A stretch of 64,000 nucleotides of DNA, from positions 248,001 through 312,000 of the forward strand of contig JAQGDQ010000160.1 of assembly GCA_030141605.1 (NCBI GenBank). The letters are read 5' to 3'. The first letter of the stretch is position 1. Every line of letters starts with the position of its first letter. Below the pieces are notes generated by a model. That model saw only the letters and a list, made by a program, of their open reading frames with translations, made no database searches and was not told the DNA's origin. This DNA comes from Tubiluchus corallicola. Taxonomy: Eukaryota; Animalia; Priapulida. Position numbers and translations under genes: made by a program. Positions 1 to 42,400 of this stretch are shown in pieces.

Positions 1-229
1 TTAAGGACTAAAAGTGTTACCGCTAGGTTAATCTCTAAAAAACCGTTATTCCAAAACTGTTTTTCAATGCATCTGATTTGATGTCAGCGAGGCATATCAA
101 GTTCTTCTTTTCTGATGGACAGTTTCTATCCATGAATGAAAAAGTCCAGAAAATAGGTGCACATATGATGACAAAATTTAAATATTTTTTGGCATCTGTT
201 GGTCTCATATTGTTTTAATATATTTGTAG

Positions 230-418
230 GGATTGAAAACAGGCATGTATTATTTACGCACTAAACCAGCAGCAAATGCAATTCAGTTCACTGTAAACAA
301 ACAAGGGCTGAAGCCCAAATTGAAGGTAGAATCAAAGACGACGAATGAGGAAGACAATATGGCCGCCATGATTTGCTCTCTAGAAAACAAAGATGCATGT
401 ATTAGTTGCAGTGGTTAA
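230..418 (+). CDS. RRM1: Ribonucleotide reductase large subunit, last coding exon (gene starts upstream of the window)
   Basis: After acceptor tttgtAG (228-229) the frame reads [22 protein letters not shown]...[16 protein letters not shown]. This contains the class Ia RNR-alpha [11 protein letters not shown] motif and the C-terminal CxxC redox pair. Confidence 0.96.
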   Translation, partial: GLKTGMYYLRTKPAANAIQFTVNKQGLKPKLKVESKTTNEEDNMAAMICSLENKDACISCSG

Positions 419-1660
419 CAATTAGTATATGTTTTCATTCCATTTTATACTTGCTCTATGACAATATTCATAAGATAAAAAACAAATCTAAATAAGATGA
501 AGCATTTTGAACAAAATGTTTTTGGGTTCAGCATAAATAAATGGAAATTGATGTTGTAGGTACTGTTGTGTGAACTGGCTGCTATGAAAGATATCAGTAA
601 CAATCTGTTCTATGTATTCATTATGTCTGTGACAATATTTTGTAGTGGCTACGCAGGTTTTTTAACCAGTGTTCCCTCAGAAGTCCCTAACTTATTACAT
701 GTACTTATATTGTGTATATACTCTTATTTGTATGTTTGACCAAGAACTTTTATTGCTTGATTTCAAATTTACTAAAAATGACAGTGTGGATGCTTTAGCT
801 TTTAAATCTATGATGATTTCAAAAAATTCTTACTGCCCTGTACTGTATTGTGCATCATACCATCTTTTATTTGTAACATTCTGGTTGTGTTGTAGATTCA
901 TTTATTGCAACATTACAGTGATGTTTTTTCTGTACATCGGTACATTGTTTTACTGCAGCAGTTTAATTTTATGCAATATCATAGTAATTTTTGCTTTTGT
1001 AAATATTTCATGAGTTCCTTCGCTTATATTTTTATTTTCATGTACCTTTTTAAGTAAGATTTGATAGTATCAATTTCACTGCTATTTAGAATAGCATGAA
1101 AGAATGTTTTTATATTGTTGTCATTTCATTTAAGTAGGTTAAATACTGAGTATCAAAATTTAGATGTCATTTTTATATGTGAAAATTTTTGTATATAGTG
1201 TAGCTGATAATTGCAGTTTATTGACAATTTATTTTCATTAACGATGGTGCATATAGGATAACATGTTTCGTAGTTTTCAACATCATTTCTAATAGTGCCA
1301 GTACACAATTTAACATTTAATAGATTGTGTAACAGTTTTCGTTGTGCAATAGTCTGTAAATGTAGAGTAGTTGATTTTAGATGGTAAATACTGCTATACA
1401 CTAAGGCAGCAAGAAGTGTATGCCTTATTAAGTGCCTTAATGAATCTGTAATAAATTAGTTCAGATTTTCTTGCTTATAGTTACATATAAATGAGTGAGA
1501 CAGTTTGTAAAATTCCACATTCTGCTGGAGTAAATGGAAAAAACATTGTTGTTTTGTTTTGTTATGTAATTAATGCTGCAGATGTGTGGTGGGTTTAATC
1601 TGTACCAGCACACAATTAATTTTTATACTTATTTTATTACTGCACGTTGTCTTGCAATAT

Positions 1661-1666
1661 AATAAA
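1661..1666 (+). terminator. Candidate polyadenylation signal of RRM1 (3' UTR about 1.2 kb)
   Basis: AATAAA at the end of a U-rich UTR-like tract, followed by T-rich downstream sequence. Other hexamers are possible. Confidence 0.35.
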
Positions 1667-2319
1667 AAAGTTATGCTGGACACAATATTTTCTTTTTTCA
1701 CTTAGTTCTTTTCTTGCTAGGAAGGTCATTTGGAGCCAAAGAAAAAGCATATGTTACACGGAAAATACCAGCAGCTGCTAGATTTACATGTTTTGTGTTT
1801 TCTGTTCAGGATATATTTACTTCAGTTATTAAATTACATATTTAAATATATAAAGATGCTTAAAGTATTAATACAAAATGATTAAATAGTACCTAATGAG
1901 TCAGTATCATCCTTGTGGTATGATCTGAGTATGGTATGCAAATAATTAAATTAAATTATGGAATTAATTAAAAACAACTGCAATCGGTAGAAAGTGGTGT
2001 AAAGTAAACCTGCGTACTGGTGTTGAAACTCACATTAATAATATAAAAAGCAATTTGTCGTTGTTTAGTGATTTTACAACTGTCACTTTACTTCGAGATG
2101 TGCAGGACTTTACAATGCGTGTCAAATGATGCCCTCGCACGTGGCTTTGTATTTTCTCTTGTTGTTTTATGATGTAGTACTGTCAGAGTCGTAGTAGTAA
2201 TTCATAAGCTTTGATACTGTTACTACCCGTGTGTGTTAAATAAAACGATTCTTATTATGTTCTTCTTAAAAGGAAACAGTTTTAGACTAAACAATTTTAT
2301 TAAAGTTACTTAAAAACAA

Positions 2320-2380
2320 TAATCGGCGATCTCATGTACAAGTCGTGAAACAAGATTCAATGCACGAGCACGGGTAAGAA
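2320..2380 (+). promoter_or_regulatory. Putative non-coding first exon and promoter region of NudE
   Basis: Locally CpG-richer segment ending in a strong donor cgg|GTAAGA. The first coding exon is preceded by acceptor-like cacAG at 5622-5623. Confidence 0.35.
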
Positions 2381-3499
2381 TATAAAAGATAATAAATTAA
2401 ATAAACGGTTGGCTGTGGCGGAGGACGAAGCTGTATTGTGCGTAAAAATTTTCAATTAGAAAAATAATTCATTGATTTCTGTTTAGGAAAAATCTGTTAA
2501 GTCTGATACGAATTTACCACTTTTCGAAGAATTTCAGTTGTGATTCTACTTATTCTGGATAGCAAGTGAGCAAATACTTAATACAATAGAAGCGAATGTA
2601 AAATCTAGTGAGCTACAAAGCAGCGTCGTGCTGGCTTGTACTTTCGTCAATTCTTCGCTCAGTACTAATTGAACTATTGACAGTATTGTCGTTGAATATT
2701 GTGATAATATAGCGATGTGATCGCTGCATGCTGTCCAAGTTATCATTCTGAAATTTCTATTTGTTTTTTATTGTACTTTATAATCCACTCCAGCATTGGC
2801 ACAGTTAACAGTTACAGAACTAAAATGCTTCGTTTATTCTAATTAATTGCTATGAAATATATGGCCATAGTAATTAGTACACTATATAATGCAAATCGCA
2901 ATTCACTTGAAAATAGCGATGTCATTAAAGTATGAAACAGTATAACTAAATTTCGCTTGTGTTATGAAACATTGAATCCATTCCACCATTGCAATTTCAT
3001 GTCAAGAAATTTCTTTATCGGAACCGTAAAATTGAGGAAGCAATTACCCCCAAAAAGGAAAAAATACTGGTATTGTAGAAAGTTCAGAACCTCCTCTGGT
3101 TAATTGTGTAAAGTAGATCTGTTTAAGTTTTAATTAATTATAGTGCTAAAACTAAAATAGTAATATGGTAATTAATTTAAATTTGAACAGAGCTAGTTTG
3201 CACTTTTAACCTGACAGATTTTTATGCACAATTGAATTAACTTAACACATGTTCCAAAGAACTTTAGGGATCTTTGCAATTTATTATTTACAACAATATA
3301 AATACTCAAAAACATTATTGCGGCATCTTGGAATCAACCAGTGGGAGATGTGAAGTATCAGATGATGATAGTTTCATAATGGTAAAGTCATAAATAGCAA
3401 TTTTTTTGTTTGCTGGTTATGATATTATTTATATAAACATGTTTGTCACTCACATGCTGTTAGTAGTAATTCAACACTGACATAATGGTGAAAAATGGG

Positions 3500-4945
3500 A
3501 AAAAGACATTTGTGCTATGTGGGGTAATCATTACAGAAATTTGTTAAATTCAGCTGACAATATAGGTCTTGACGTGTGCACAAAATATGTTCTGAGCTAT
3601 AGTATGATGCCTACTAATGCATTTACAGCTTTTGAAGTACAAGAGGGAAATACTAAGCTTTCCTTACAGAAATCATTTGGTCCAGACAGACTTAAAGGTG
3701 AAAATTTCCATATTGCATTCCATTTGCTGCCAATCATGTTGGCGCTTCTGTTCACGTCCTGTGTAACACATGGTTACCTGCCACATTCGTTAATGTTATC
3801 TGTATTAGTACCTCTTGTTAAAGATAAAAATGGGGATATTACAGACAAAAACAACTATAGGCCTATCGCTCTTTTATTTGTAGGGAGCAAAATTAAAGAA
3901 ATACTGCTTCTAAATCGTTACAGTTTTTGTCTGTGTACCACACAAAACCAGTTTGGTTTTGTTGAAAACTTAGGCACAGAGATGTACATCCATATTTAAA
4001 AGAGGTGCTTGACTATTAATATAGAGTCGACAAAGCACAGTACACATTCTGTTTATTGACGCTTCAAAAACGTTTGACAGCATGAACTATCTTATACTTT
4101 TTCTAAGTATTATCAATACTAACCTACCAAATTCAGTAACTACACTTTTGCTTTTTTATTACACGGAACAACGTATTTTGGAATCGCGTGAAGTGATGTA
4201 TACTGATGACATATTTCTTTGGGCAACACCAAGCTTTGCAGAGGCTGCTAGATATTTTTAATAAATTTGCTAATGATTATGATATTCTTGTAAATGTGAA
4301 TAATACTAAATTTGTCATGTTTCTCTCTGCCCATATGCAGCAATTTACTTTTGGGTCTGTTGTTTTGCAGTGTGAAAGTTTTATACCTAATATAAATGAA
4401 AAATATCTAGGTCATATTTTATCAGAAGACAATAGAGATGATTTACATATATTACGACAGTGTTCAGTTTACTATAACAGAGCCAATAAATTATTCATGA
4501 AATTTAGTCACTGTTCAGTTAATGCCAAGAGACAATTGTTTAATGCCTACTGCACTAGTTTTTATTGTATGTCTATTTGGAGACATTTTTATTCTTACAA
4601 TCTCAGGAAACTCAAGGTTGCATATAATGTATCAGCACGGAAGCTTTTTACCTTTCATGTGATACGAGCGCCAGATATATTTCTACTAGACTTAATCTTA
4701 TTTATTTTGATGTGATTCACAGAAAATATACATACAGTTTATACGTCAGGCTGAATAAGAGCGAAAATTTTATATGCGAGAGCATTTTAAACAATGATTT
4801 AAATTTTACTTCTGAAATTAGACGTCATTGGTGTAGTTTGATATATCGTTAATTGTTATTTGTGTTATTATTGTGAGCCACAATTTATTGTATTTTTTGT
4901 ATTAATTTGTGATGTGTATACAAACTTTGTACAGTTTGAAATAAA
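3500..4945 (+). mobile_element. 5'-truncated, internally deleted non-LTR retrotransposon (LINE reverse transcriptase, L2/Daphne-like)
   Basis: Frameshifted RT motifs: NYRPIAL, NQFGF, FIDASKTFD, YTDD (YADD equivalent, about 4198-4210), EKYLGHIL and LFNAYCTSFY..W..KLKVAYN. The GVxQG block is missing. An A-rich tail lies at about 4920-4945. Confidence 0.88.
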
Positions 4946-5624
4946 ATATTAAATAAAAATAAAATGTGATGACCGAAATGAGTATCAAGTCTTTTTCATG
5001 TTAATTTAGCATGCTGAACATCCCAGCATTTTTATTATTGTACATATTACGTTTACTAACCACTTTTACTTATTTTTAAAAAAGTGTGAATAAATGAGCT
5101 AAACTAAAATATTGTTATTATTACAAAATGTGAACTATTAATAATTACGCATTTGTTAATTTTGTATCATTGTGTGGAATTACCGAAATTTCTTTTAGAA
5201 GTCACATTCTAATATAACAATATAAGAGTCAAAAGTAACTTATTATATTTTTAATATTTTATAATAATAATTGTTGGTTTATTTTCAACAAATGGTTGCC
5301 TACACCTGATTATTTGTCAGCAGAGGGATACTTAATCAGTATAAAACATTATTTTTAGAATTTTCTTATGTACTTCTATTTGCTTATATTCATATTCAAA
5401 TAAAAGTGTGACTATACAAAACTGTTACCTGCATATATCTGTAGTTGCTATCACAAGAATATGTAAGAAACTGAAAGTAGGTTAAAGAGTACACAAGTAC
5501 GTTTGATTCATAGTATAAAACTCTAAATGTGAAGCAACACTATCAGAGTCTTTAAGTACTTATGATTAACATTTACAAATGCATTTATCTTTCAGTGTTG
5601 TAGAGAATAGTTTTAATCCACAGA

Positions 5625-9973
<4,349 letters not shown>

Positions 9974-11780
9974 AGTCATTGGCTTCCCGGTGGTTTTTAG
10001 ACTGTCAACAACTTCATGCAGGACAACACATCTGATGCTTTCTTCCGTGTTTGCTTCACTCACATGTATTAGTGTATTTATTTAAGTTGCTGCTGAGGAA
10101 AGGTGCTGAGATTTATAAGGTGTTAGTCAGCTTGTGAGTTAGGAATTGCAAGTACAAATACAATCTTAGAATGTCTTGCATGCTATTTGTAATTATGTAT
10201 ATTGTGCCATTAGGAGGGTCTTTAGAGTAGGCAAAGTTCTGATTTTTACCGCATGACTTTTTTATCCAGTAACTGCTGTTGCTACCAGTTTAATGTCAAC
10301 CCACTTTTGTTTCTACAGATATCAGCCAAATTTGACAACCACGTTTCCTGATTTATTAGAATTCATGCTGAGAATGTGAAGCAGTAGCTTTTACTCTGTA
10401 AACAAAATGTGTGTGAAACACAGGCTTGTGAGTAAAACCCATAATCAGTCAAAAAATTTTTACACATTTTTGTCAGTTCTTATTGACAGTTTACTAAATT
10501 TAACCATATATCATAATCTCTAACTAATTTTTGTCAACATATTTTTGTTCTGCCACTTTAATCTATCGGTAAAATTGCATGAAATTAACAAAAATCGTTA
10601 TTTTGGACTATTCCGATTACTTAATGTTTAGTTGTAGCAGTTAGAAATCTTGTCTACATTGTTATAATAAAGTTAGAGATATTGTTAAGATATTTACATT
10701 TCCCATGATTTTTAGTATTTACTCATTTCCAAAAATGCTGGTATACATGCTGCAACTCCCAGATAATATTTGCGTGATTGTTGATTTTGAATCACACAAA
10801 TTCTGGGATTTGTTGATACTGGCACGTGTATTTTAATCTGCAATGTCTATTGTCTAGCACTTTAGCTTGTGAATAGCTTAGAATATTTATTGAAAAGATA
10901 AACATTCGATGTGCTAGCCGCTGAAATGTGGTCAAATCTTGCACTATTGAATTAATACTTATGTAATTTTATAATATTTTATTATGTTGCATTTGCACTT
11001 TAGGTTTTTTTTAAATCAGTTATTTTGGCATAAGCTTTTGCTCGATCTATGCTGTTGCTAAATCACAAGAAAGCACTCTTCATAAATAAAATTAAAAAAA
11101 TTAAGTCTTGAAGCTTTATATAACTTACATGCAGTCTTACTGCACACAGAGTTTGTGTTAGCTGTATCGCTGTATGAGACTTCTAAATTTAAACTCCTGT
11201 GATGGCTGTTAGGCACAGCCATTTTGAGGATAAGTCATTTGGAATAAGTTTAGATAACATTGCGTAAGGTTTGAAAAAATAATCAGAGTATTCGTAGCAC
11301 ACTCTTTGCTAACTAAGGAAAAGTTTGAATTACTGTAAATATTGTCAGTAACATCAATAATGTGTTTTGTGGTGAGTCAGCAGTGCACAGTGGGATGGCG
11401 ATGCAGGGCCGTTTTACCAGGTGATGTGAATGTTTTTAATTATCAAGTCTTTTTTTCCAATTACGTAAGTCTTTCAAACAGGTAAGCGTAATGCAAAGTA
11501 AGATAAAAGATAACTTTGTTTGGGAAGTTTTTGGGACATACTTTAAAATAGCCTTTTCTTCCACTTAATCTTGTTGCAGAAGTAATATATATTCACTATA
11601 TGTAAGATGTATAAAGCGCACTTAAATATAAAAAGTTCAATTATGAGCAAACAGTTATGTTGTAAAAATCTGGAAATGCAACAACTGATACTGAATTCAA
11701 AATTGATTTTTGGAAATTCACTGTATATTGTACATTTTAAAATACCTCATCAAAGCTGTTAATAGTACGAATGGTACAAT

Positions 11781-11825
11781 ACACACACACGCACACACAC
11801 ACACACACACACATACACACACACA
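11781..11825. repeat. (CA)n microsatellite
   Basis: About 22 imperfect AC units. Confidence 0.95.
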
Positions 11826-12988
11826 AGTCAAAAGTATTAATTCCAATTTCTGTACATGTTTGTGTTCTATAATTTTAATGCAATAAAATTACCGGAGCAT
11901 CTTATTCTAAGGATAATAGTTGTTTTTATTGAAATCTAGTAGTATAGTAAAATTTCTACTAAAAAAACATTCGCTTCAAACTAACTGAAATATTGTTGAA
12001 GGCTAGTATCATCTCGTAAAACTCACACTTGCAAAAACAATGCCACATACAATCGTGGATTAATACATATGCAAATTTAACATACATAAGTAATTGCTAA
12101 TTTTGTGCACTTGTGGAGTGCAATGATAAGTTCTACTCAAGCAATATGAATATAATGTTACTTTCTTGAACAAAAATGTATAATTCTGAATTACTTGATA
12201 TTATAAATTAGTACGGTGTAAATGAATACAAATTGGAGTAAAATATTCTTACCTTGAATATAACAGTAGTAGTAATAATATTACATGTGCAAGAATTAAA
12301 TAATAAAACGTTCAAAAAACAATTAAACGAAATGGCTTGTAACATATAAAATCTTGTATCAATGTGTTTTAAATTACAGTCATATCTCTGTTGTCAAACG
12401 TCTCCGTACTCGTACAAATCGGTTTTCAGCAACAAAATTCTGTAGTTCTGTATAGGCAACAGAACTACAAATTCTGGGTTTATCCCAGATCCTGCAGTAG
12501 CTACAAAGTCAGTTATATATCTATGTGCCAATTATATACCTTTTGTCATCCAGCTGAGCTTCGGCATACTCTCTAGAAAAGAAAAGTCAGTCTGTCAGAA
12601 TTTGAAAGAAAATGTCCAACAGTACTTAAGATTCACTTATATATTCTTAATCTGACATGAAGGCTTATTACTGTTTATTAGTAACATACTTCAGCAAATG
12701 TTAGAACAAAAATATTTTGAAAACGGCCAGTAAGCAATACTTGTTTGTCCATAGCCAAAAATAAAACTTATACTACAGTGCGTGTACAAAATAGAAGAAG
12801 ATGAAGATTAAGAATATGATTAAGAATTTAATAATTGTTCACCAAGTTTTAAATTTATGCAAATGTTCAATATTATATTTCTTTTCTGGGACAAGGACCT
12901 TATAAAAAGCACTATAAAAACTGGGCAGACACTTGAACCAGCAAAAGAAAGAAAGCACAAGCTTTGTCTCAGAATGACAGAGAGACTG

Positions 12989-36998
<24,010 letters not shown>

Positions 36999-37854
36999 AC
37001 TTTAAAAAGCTGTGGTTTTCAATCTCGAGCTGACGAATAGCAGTAATGCACCAATGTGACTAAACTACAGGTCTCTGCAAAATTTCAAGTTATTTCAATG
37101 TAAATACTGTTAAACTATATACTGTACTTTCAGGAATTTGAAAGAAGCTTTTGAAAACAGCTCAGAAATAGTTAGCCATGTTTTTTGTGATAACATGCTA
37201 GGTACCCATAAATATGCCTATAGTAATAATTTGTAAGTGTAAGTTAAGAAGATTGGCTTATTGTTTTACTGAGCATTACTGCTTTTGAATGACGCACAAT
37301 CCTACTGGGCAATGTGCAGCTCTTGACATACCTGATGATGTTACTGAAAAGATTCGATCAGTTGGAACAGCAGGTTAGTACGAATAAGGCCAACCTCCTA
37401 CTATTTCTATGATTAGATTTTAAAAAATAAACAAAATAAAATCAACTAAATTTAATAAATTATAAGCAAATGAAATAGAGTCATTGACTAAACTACATTT
37501 TTTGGTCAATATGTATATTACATACATAGCTGCATAAGTAACAAACACATATTAACACATATACATACACATACACACATAAACATACTGCATAAGTAAT
37601 ATATCCTCTTCTATTTGAAGACACTAAAGTACCTGTTTGCAGATCTTTGTTCATCTACTATTAAATATAGTGGGCACCCAGCTGTGGATTCTGCATTGTT
37701 AACCACAATCAAGCAATGTGCAAAAAAAGAGGATGGCATTTGTAAGCACACTACCAAGAAGAATTTGCCTAGTGTTAATTAAGATGAGCCTACTGTTGGA
37801 GCACATACTACATACTGAGCGAAACTGTTCTGCAACTCAGTGCTGGGACCGATC

Positions 37855-38172
37855 AAGCTGTTAATGGAAATTAACCAATTAATTTTTTTACACCAGTTAA
37901 CCGATCTTTATCACAGTGAATCTAAAATTCCTCTAACATGCTCTGTCACTGTCAAGGCTGCCTCGTAGAATCTAATCAATTGTAGGTTCTTAAGCTTTTT
38001 ACAGGGTTTTCAGCTTTCTACAGTAACAAATTACTTGTTTATTTGGCTCCCCAATGGCTCTCTAATTGGCAAGTTACAGAGGGTCTCTAATGCTGCCTTG
38101 ATCTGATTAATCAGTTAACGGTTAATCGATAAAAAGTTAACCGTTAAGTGAATCCTTAACTGGTCATAGCTC
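37855..38172. mobile_element. Degenerate hAT-like MITE remnant
   Basis: Clusters of TTAACC/GGTTAA subterminal motifs at both ends, with a ...TAGCTCTA terminus. Confidence 0.4.
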
Positions 38173-38383
38173 TACCGCAGATTGGCCTATCTTCCATAAG
38201 AACACGGCATAATTATGCAAATGCAGGTACTGGTGTTTGGCTTTGCAGCAAACTTATATGGACTAGGATGAGCATCAAACATTCGAGCTCGAACGAGTTT
38301 TTTTAGTTCGAATTCAATTCGAACCTAAAATCATAGATTCGAGTAATTCGATCAGCACTTCAACTGCACACATTCTTTACCAA

Positions 38384-38500
38384 TAAAACTGTTCAGTGAA
38401 ATTGTACTGGTTGCATGATGTTTCAAACATTTTATTGTTTGTTTGAAATAAAATGTTTGAAACATCATGCAATTAGTACAATTTCACTGAACAGTTTTTA
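38384..38500. repeat. Near-perfect palindrome with arms of about 53 bp, inside a TTCGA-rich hAT-like MITE remnant (about 38263-38620)
   Basis: aaaactgttcagtgaaattgtactggttgcatgatgtttcaaacatttt.. / ..aaaatgtttgaaacatcatgcaattagtacaatttcactgaacagtttt, with a loop of about 10 nt. Confidence 0.9.
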
Positions 38501-39074
38501 AACAAATCATTAGCGTTTTACTGCAGAAGAAAATCAAGCAACAGGCCTGATCACTTTTTATTAATGATTCACAAAAAATGTATCCGAAAATGTTTAAAAG
38601 ATAATTCGATTCAGGTTCGAAATAAACAAGAAATTTACCGCAGTGCAGAAAGCTGAAGAACCAACGACTGATTGGATTTCAAGAGGCAGCCCTGCTGTTA
38701 TTGGACAATATGTTACGAAAAAAATGAAATGGTTAGCAATAATACTAATACTAATTACGTATCAGGCCCACCAAGCCTTAAATGCACTTTGACTTAAACT
38801 GTAGTAGAGCCTGATCGTAGCCAAGATCATGACTCATGACAGCCTTTTTTATTTTTATTTTGTGACCTTCAAAAACAAGAACCCAATGAGCAATATTATG
38901 AATATAAAGGCTGCGGCTATTGACTAAGCCAATGCCAGAAAAGCGACCCATAAGCCTATATGGCTATGGTAAATGAGTATCAAGACCAACCAGATTGCAA
39001 TAATTCCAAAAAATTAAGCTCCAACACGACAAAACTTTACGAAACGGTAGCTTTGCGTAAAGTTAAAATTATTC

Positions 39075-39455
39075 CATACCATTTTCTTCTATAGACAAAA
39101 TGTTCTCACGTATATAATCTTTCCACATTATGCAGGCTAGCAAAATACTCTACAAAGCTGGGACATGCTACACATGGTCGAATTCCGGTTAAGAAACATC
39201 AACAGTCACACATCTAAGCTTTGGAATTAATTCATCGCATCTTCTGAATCACACTTATTGAAAAACGATTAATGGGTAACTACAGTTTTCGCTTAACTGG
39301 TATTGCTTTCCTGATTGACTATTTGCAATTGCGATGCTCGATTCTCTCCAGTTCTCTCTCTCCCCAGTCGCTTGACAGCACAAAAAAACGAGTAGGCACA
39401 ATGGGAAAGCTTCATGTTTTCGCGTAGTAGCAGAAATCTTCTCAATAACATCAAC
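39075..39455. promoter_or_regulatory. Putative compact bidirectional promoter between GRID2IP-like (-) and STRAP (+)
   Basis: Head-to-head genes. A minus-strand donor-like G|GTATGG lies at about 39074-39080 and the STRAP ATG is at 39456. CpG content is locally higher. Confidence 0.4.
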
Positions 39456-42400
39456 ATGGCTGCCTTGCGACAGACTCCCCTGACCTGCAGTGGACATACT
39501 CGTCCTGTTGTGCATCTTAGCTTCAGTGACATTACCCCAGACGGTTATTTCTTGATCTCAGCTTCTAAAGGTGATGTCACAACATACCTATTGTTTTATA
39601 TAATAAAGTCTGGGTTGTTTTTAACTTAGTCTATATTGTCTGTAGGCCAATCTACGTATCACTAACTACTGAGAACTGTTACTACTACTAGTCTGTTAAT
39701 GTTACTTGTTAAGCAGATCGTAGAGTCTAATTATTGAATAACTGATCATCTTATTCGCTTGTGCTTGCCATTATTGCTAGTATCTAATATTGCTAATTAT
39801 ATGCCAATAAAAGTAATATTGCAAATGTTGATAAATGTGAGGTAATGCATTGCGCTTTCGGGAATCTTAAAAATTATTATGTTATGAATGGAACAACTCT
39901 TCAAAGTACAAATAGTAAAAATGATCTTGGTGTGATAATAACATCAGACTTGAAATTTTCCCAGCAATGGGTAGCCTCTGTTAAGAAAGCAAAAAAGATT
40001 TTAGGGATGATAAGGCAGCACATCATTTCTAATTTCTAGAAATAAAAAAACTGTATTGAAATTATTGGTTTGGTTAGACTTCATCTAAAATACTGTGTGC
40101 AGCTTTGGAATCCCCATTATCAGAAAGATATATTGCTTATGATAGGTGTACAAAGCCGTGCTTCAAGAATAATATTAGGTTGTAAAAATCTGACATATTT
40201 GGAAAGATTAAAATATTGTACTTTGGCCACGCTTGAATTAAGAAGACACCGTGGAGGTCTTATTGAAGTTTATAAAATATTAACTGAAAAGAAAACATTT
40301 TGCCCAAAAAATTCTTTAATTTAGTTGTTGATTCTAGAACTAGAGGACATAATTTAAAACTGTTTAAAGAGCGGTCATGTTTTGACATTCGTAAATATTC
40401 ATTTTCTGTGAGAGTTGTGAATGAATGGAATAATCTGCTTGCCATGGTGATTGCCACACTAACCACGGTAAAGTTTAAATCCTTCATCGACAATAATTTT
40501 GCAGAAAATATGGGTTTCTATGAGTGTACTCGCTTAACCCCTAATCATGACAGTGTAACAGTATATATTGTTGGGAGCCGTTTGGACCACTGCGCCAAGT
40601 AGACCACTTGATGCGCTAAAAGTAGTGTCCTACATGGGCAGCCCAAGTAGGACACTAGCGATTTTTGTCGAGAAACTTGCTCTGGCAAAACTTGTTTCCA
40701 GTTTATATTACCATTGTTTATAAGTATTGTTATGACATAATAAAGCATAAAACAAAATTTCTTTTAGAAATGGATATTCCTTGGCAATTTACAAATGCAT
40801 TTCTTACAATAATTTCATCATTATGATTAACTCCATTAATATATCATAACATTAAAACTAGTATCTAATGCTTTAAAGAGAGAAATTCTGCACACAGTTA
40901 TTACAGAAATAATTGCAAATTTAAAAATGAGACAGATGCTGCTAAGCCTTCACAACACCAAAAAGTAATTTTTAACATTTAAGAAAAGCAAGGATAATTA
41001 GTTTTAATATTATCAGTAGTATTGTAACATGTAGGGCACTGTCCTACATGGCTCGCTAGCCCATGTAGGACACATAGATCGCTAGAACGTTTACTTATAA
41101 GAAAACAATTATTTGCCCGAGAGGTAGTGAAACGGATCACCTGTTTATGAAGTGAGACAAAATCAAAAATGATATACCTTAAACAAATGTTGAATTCACA
41201 AAAAAGTGGGGTTTTTTTCACTTCAACAACATTAATATCGAAACCAAATTTAATATTGTCCCTTCTACCAGCTCAGAATAAAATTCTTTTATTTTATTAG
41301 ATGTATAATAAATTATTCAACGTGTATTAACGTTTTTAATTATTATTATTACATAAACAAGTACAACGGACGGTGTCAGTACACTTAACGACTGAATTCA
41401 CGACCTGTCTCTAGTGTCCTACTTGGGCAGCTCAATTGGTCTACTTGGCGCAGTGGTCCAAACGGCTCCCAACATATATAATATAATTCTACAATATTAA
41501 TATTTAGGAGGCTATGTTATAGAAGAGGGAGACCACTCTTTGAGCATAAGTAAAAGAGGAGAAATTGAAGGGAGAATTGATGTCATGGAGTAATGAAAAA
41601 GAAGTTGCTACAGAGTGTATGAGAATAAGAATTCTTTTGTTTGAATCAGTAGCGGTACCGTCATTAATATATAACACTGAAGCCTGGGCCGAGTAAATGA
41701 AACACAGTGAGATGAAATGGAAAGATGGCAGAAAGATATGGCATGTGCACTCTTAAACTAAATGAGTTCAACAAGTTATTGGAGCACTATCGTGATATTA
41801 AGTTTTTGTCCCATAAGACAAAGAATACATTATAAGCAATTAATGTTATTGCGAATGTTGGTGTTCTCTGAGGAAGAAAGAGATGCAAAAAAGGTATTTC
41901 TAGCAATGCTGGAAAAGGTGATTCCTGGAAGTTGGATTGAAAACATAAAAGAAACAGCAAAGTTGTATAGAATACATGTAAATACGGAGAGATTAAAACA
42001 GATAACTAAATCTAAATGGAAACGAGAAATAAAAGTAGTATTAGTAAATATTTGGTGTACATTGCCAAAGAAACGCGTCAGAAAGTGAAAAAAACTGAGA
42101 TTTATGGAAAATGCTACAGGAAAGAGGAATAATCCAGTGGATTATGTAATTTAGTGTAAGCAAAAAACAGTCTATGACATAATAGAATGGAAATTGAATA
42201 TGACTGAAGTGGAATTTCAAAAATAAGTTTAAGGATGACCTGAAATATCCTTTGTGTAAATTTCATGATGATACAATGGAACATTTACTAATATGTGAGA
42301 AAGCTATAAATATATTGGGCGAAGAAGATATGGAGTTAGATTTAAAAAAACATTTGAAACAGAAAAATTAGTAATGATCAATACCAGGATACAGAAAGTA

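Noticed and set aside
669-1401. ORFs of 114 aa (+) and 82 aa (-) downstream of RRM1
   Set aside because: Hydrophobic, low-complexity translations of U-rich 3' UTR with no motifs or splice support.
2020-2278. TG...CA segment with an internal AATAAA resembling a solo LTR
   Set aside because: No target-site duplication and no second copy or internal domain in the window.
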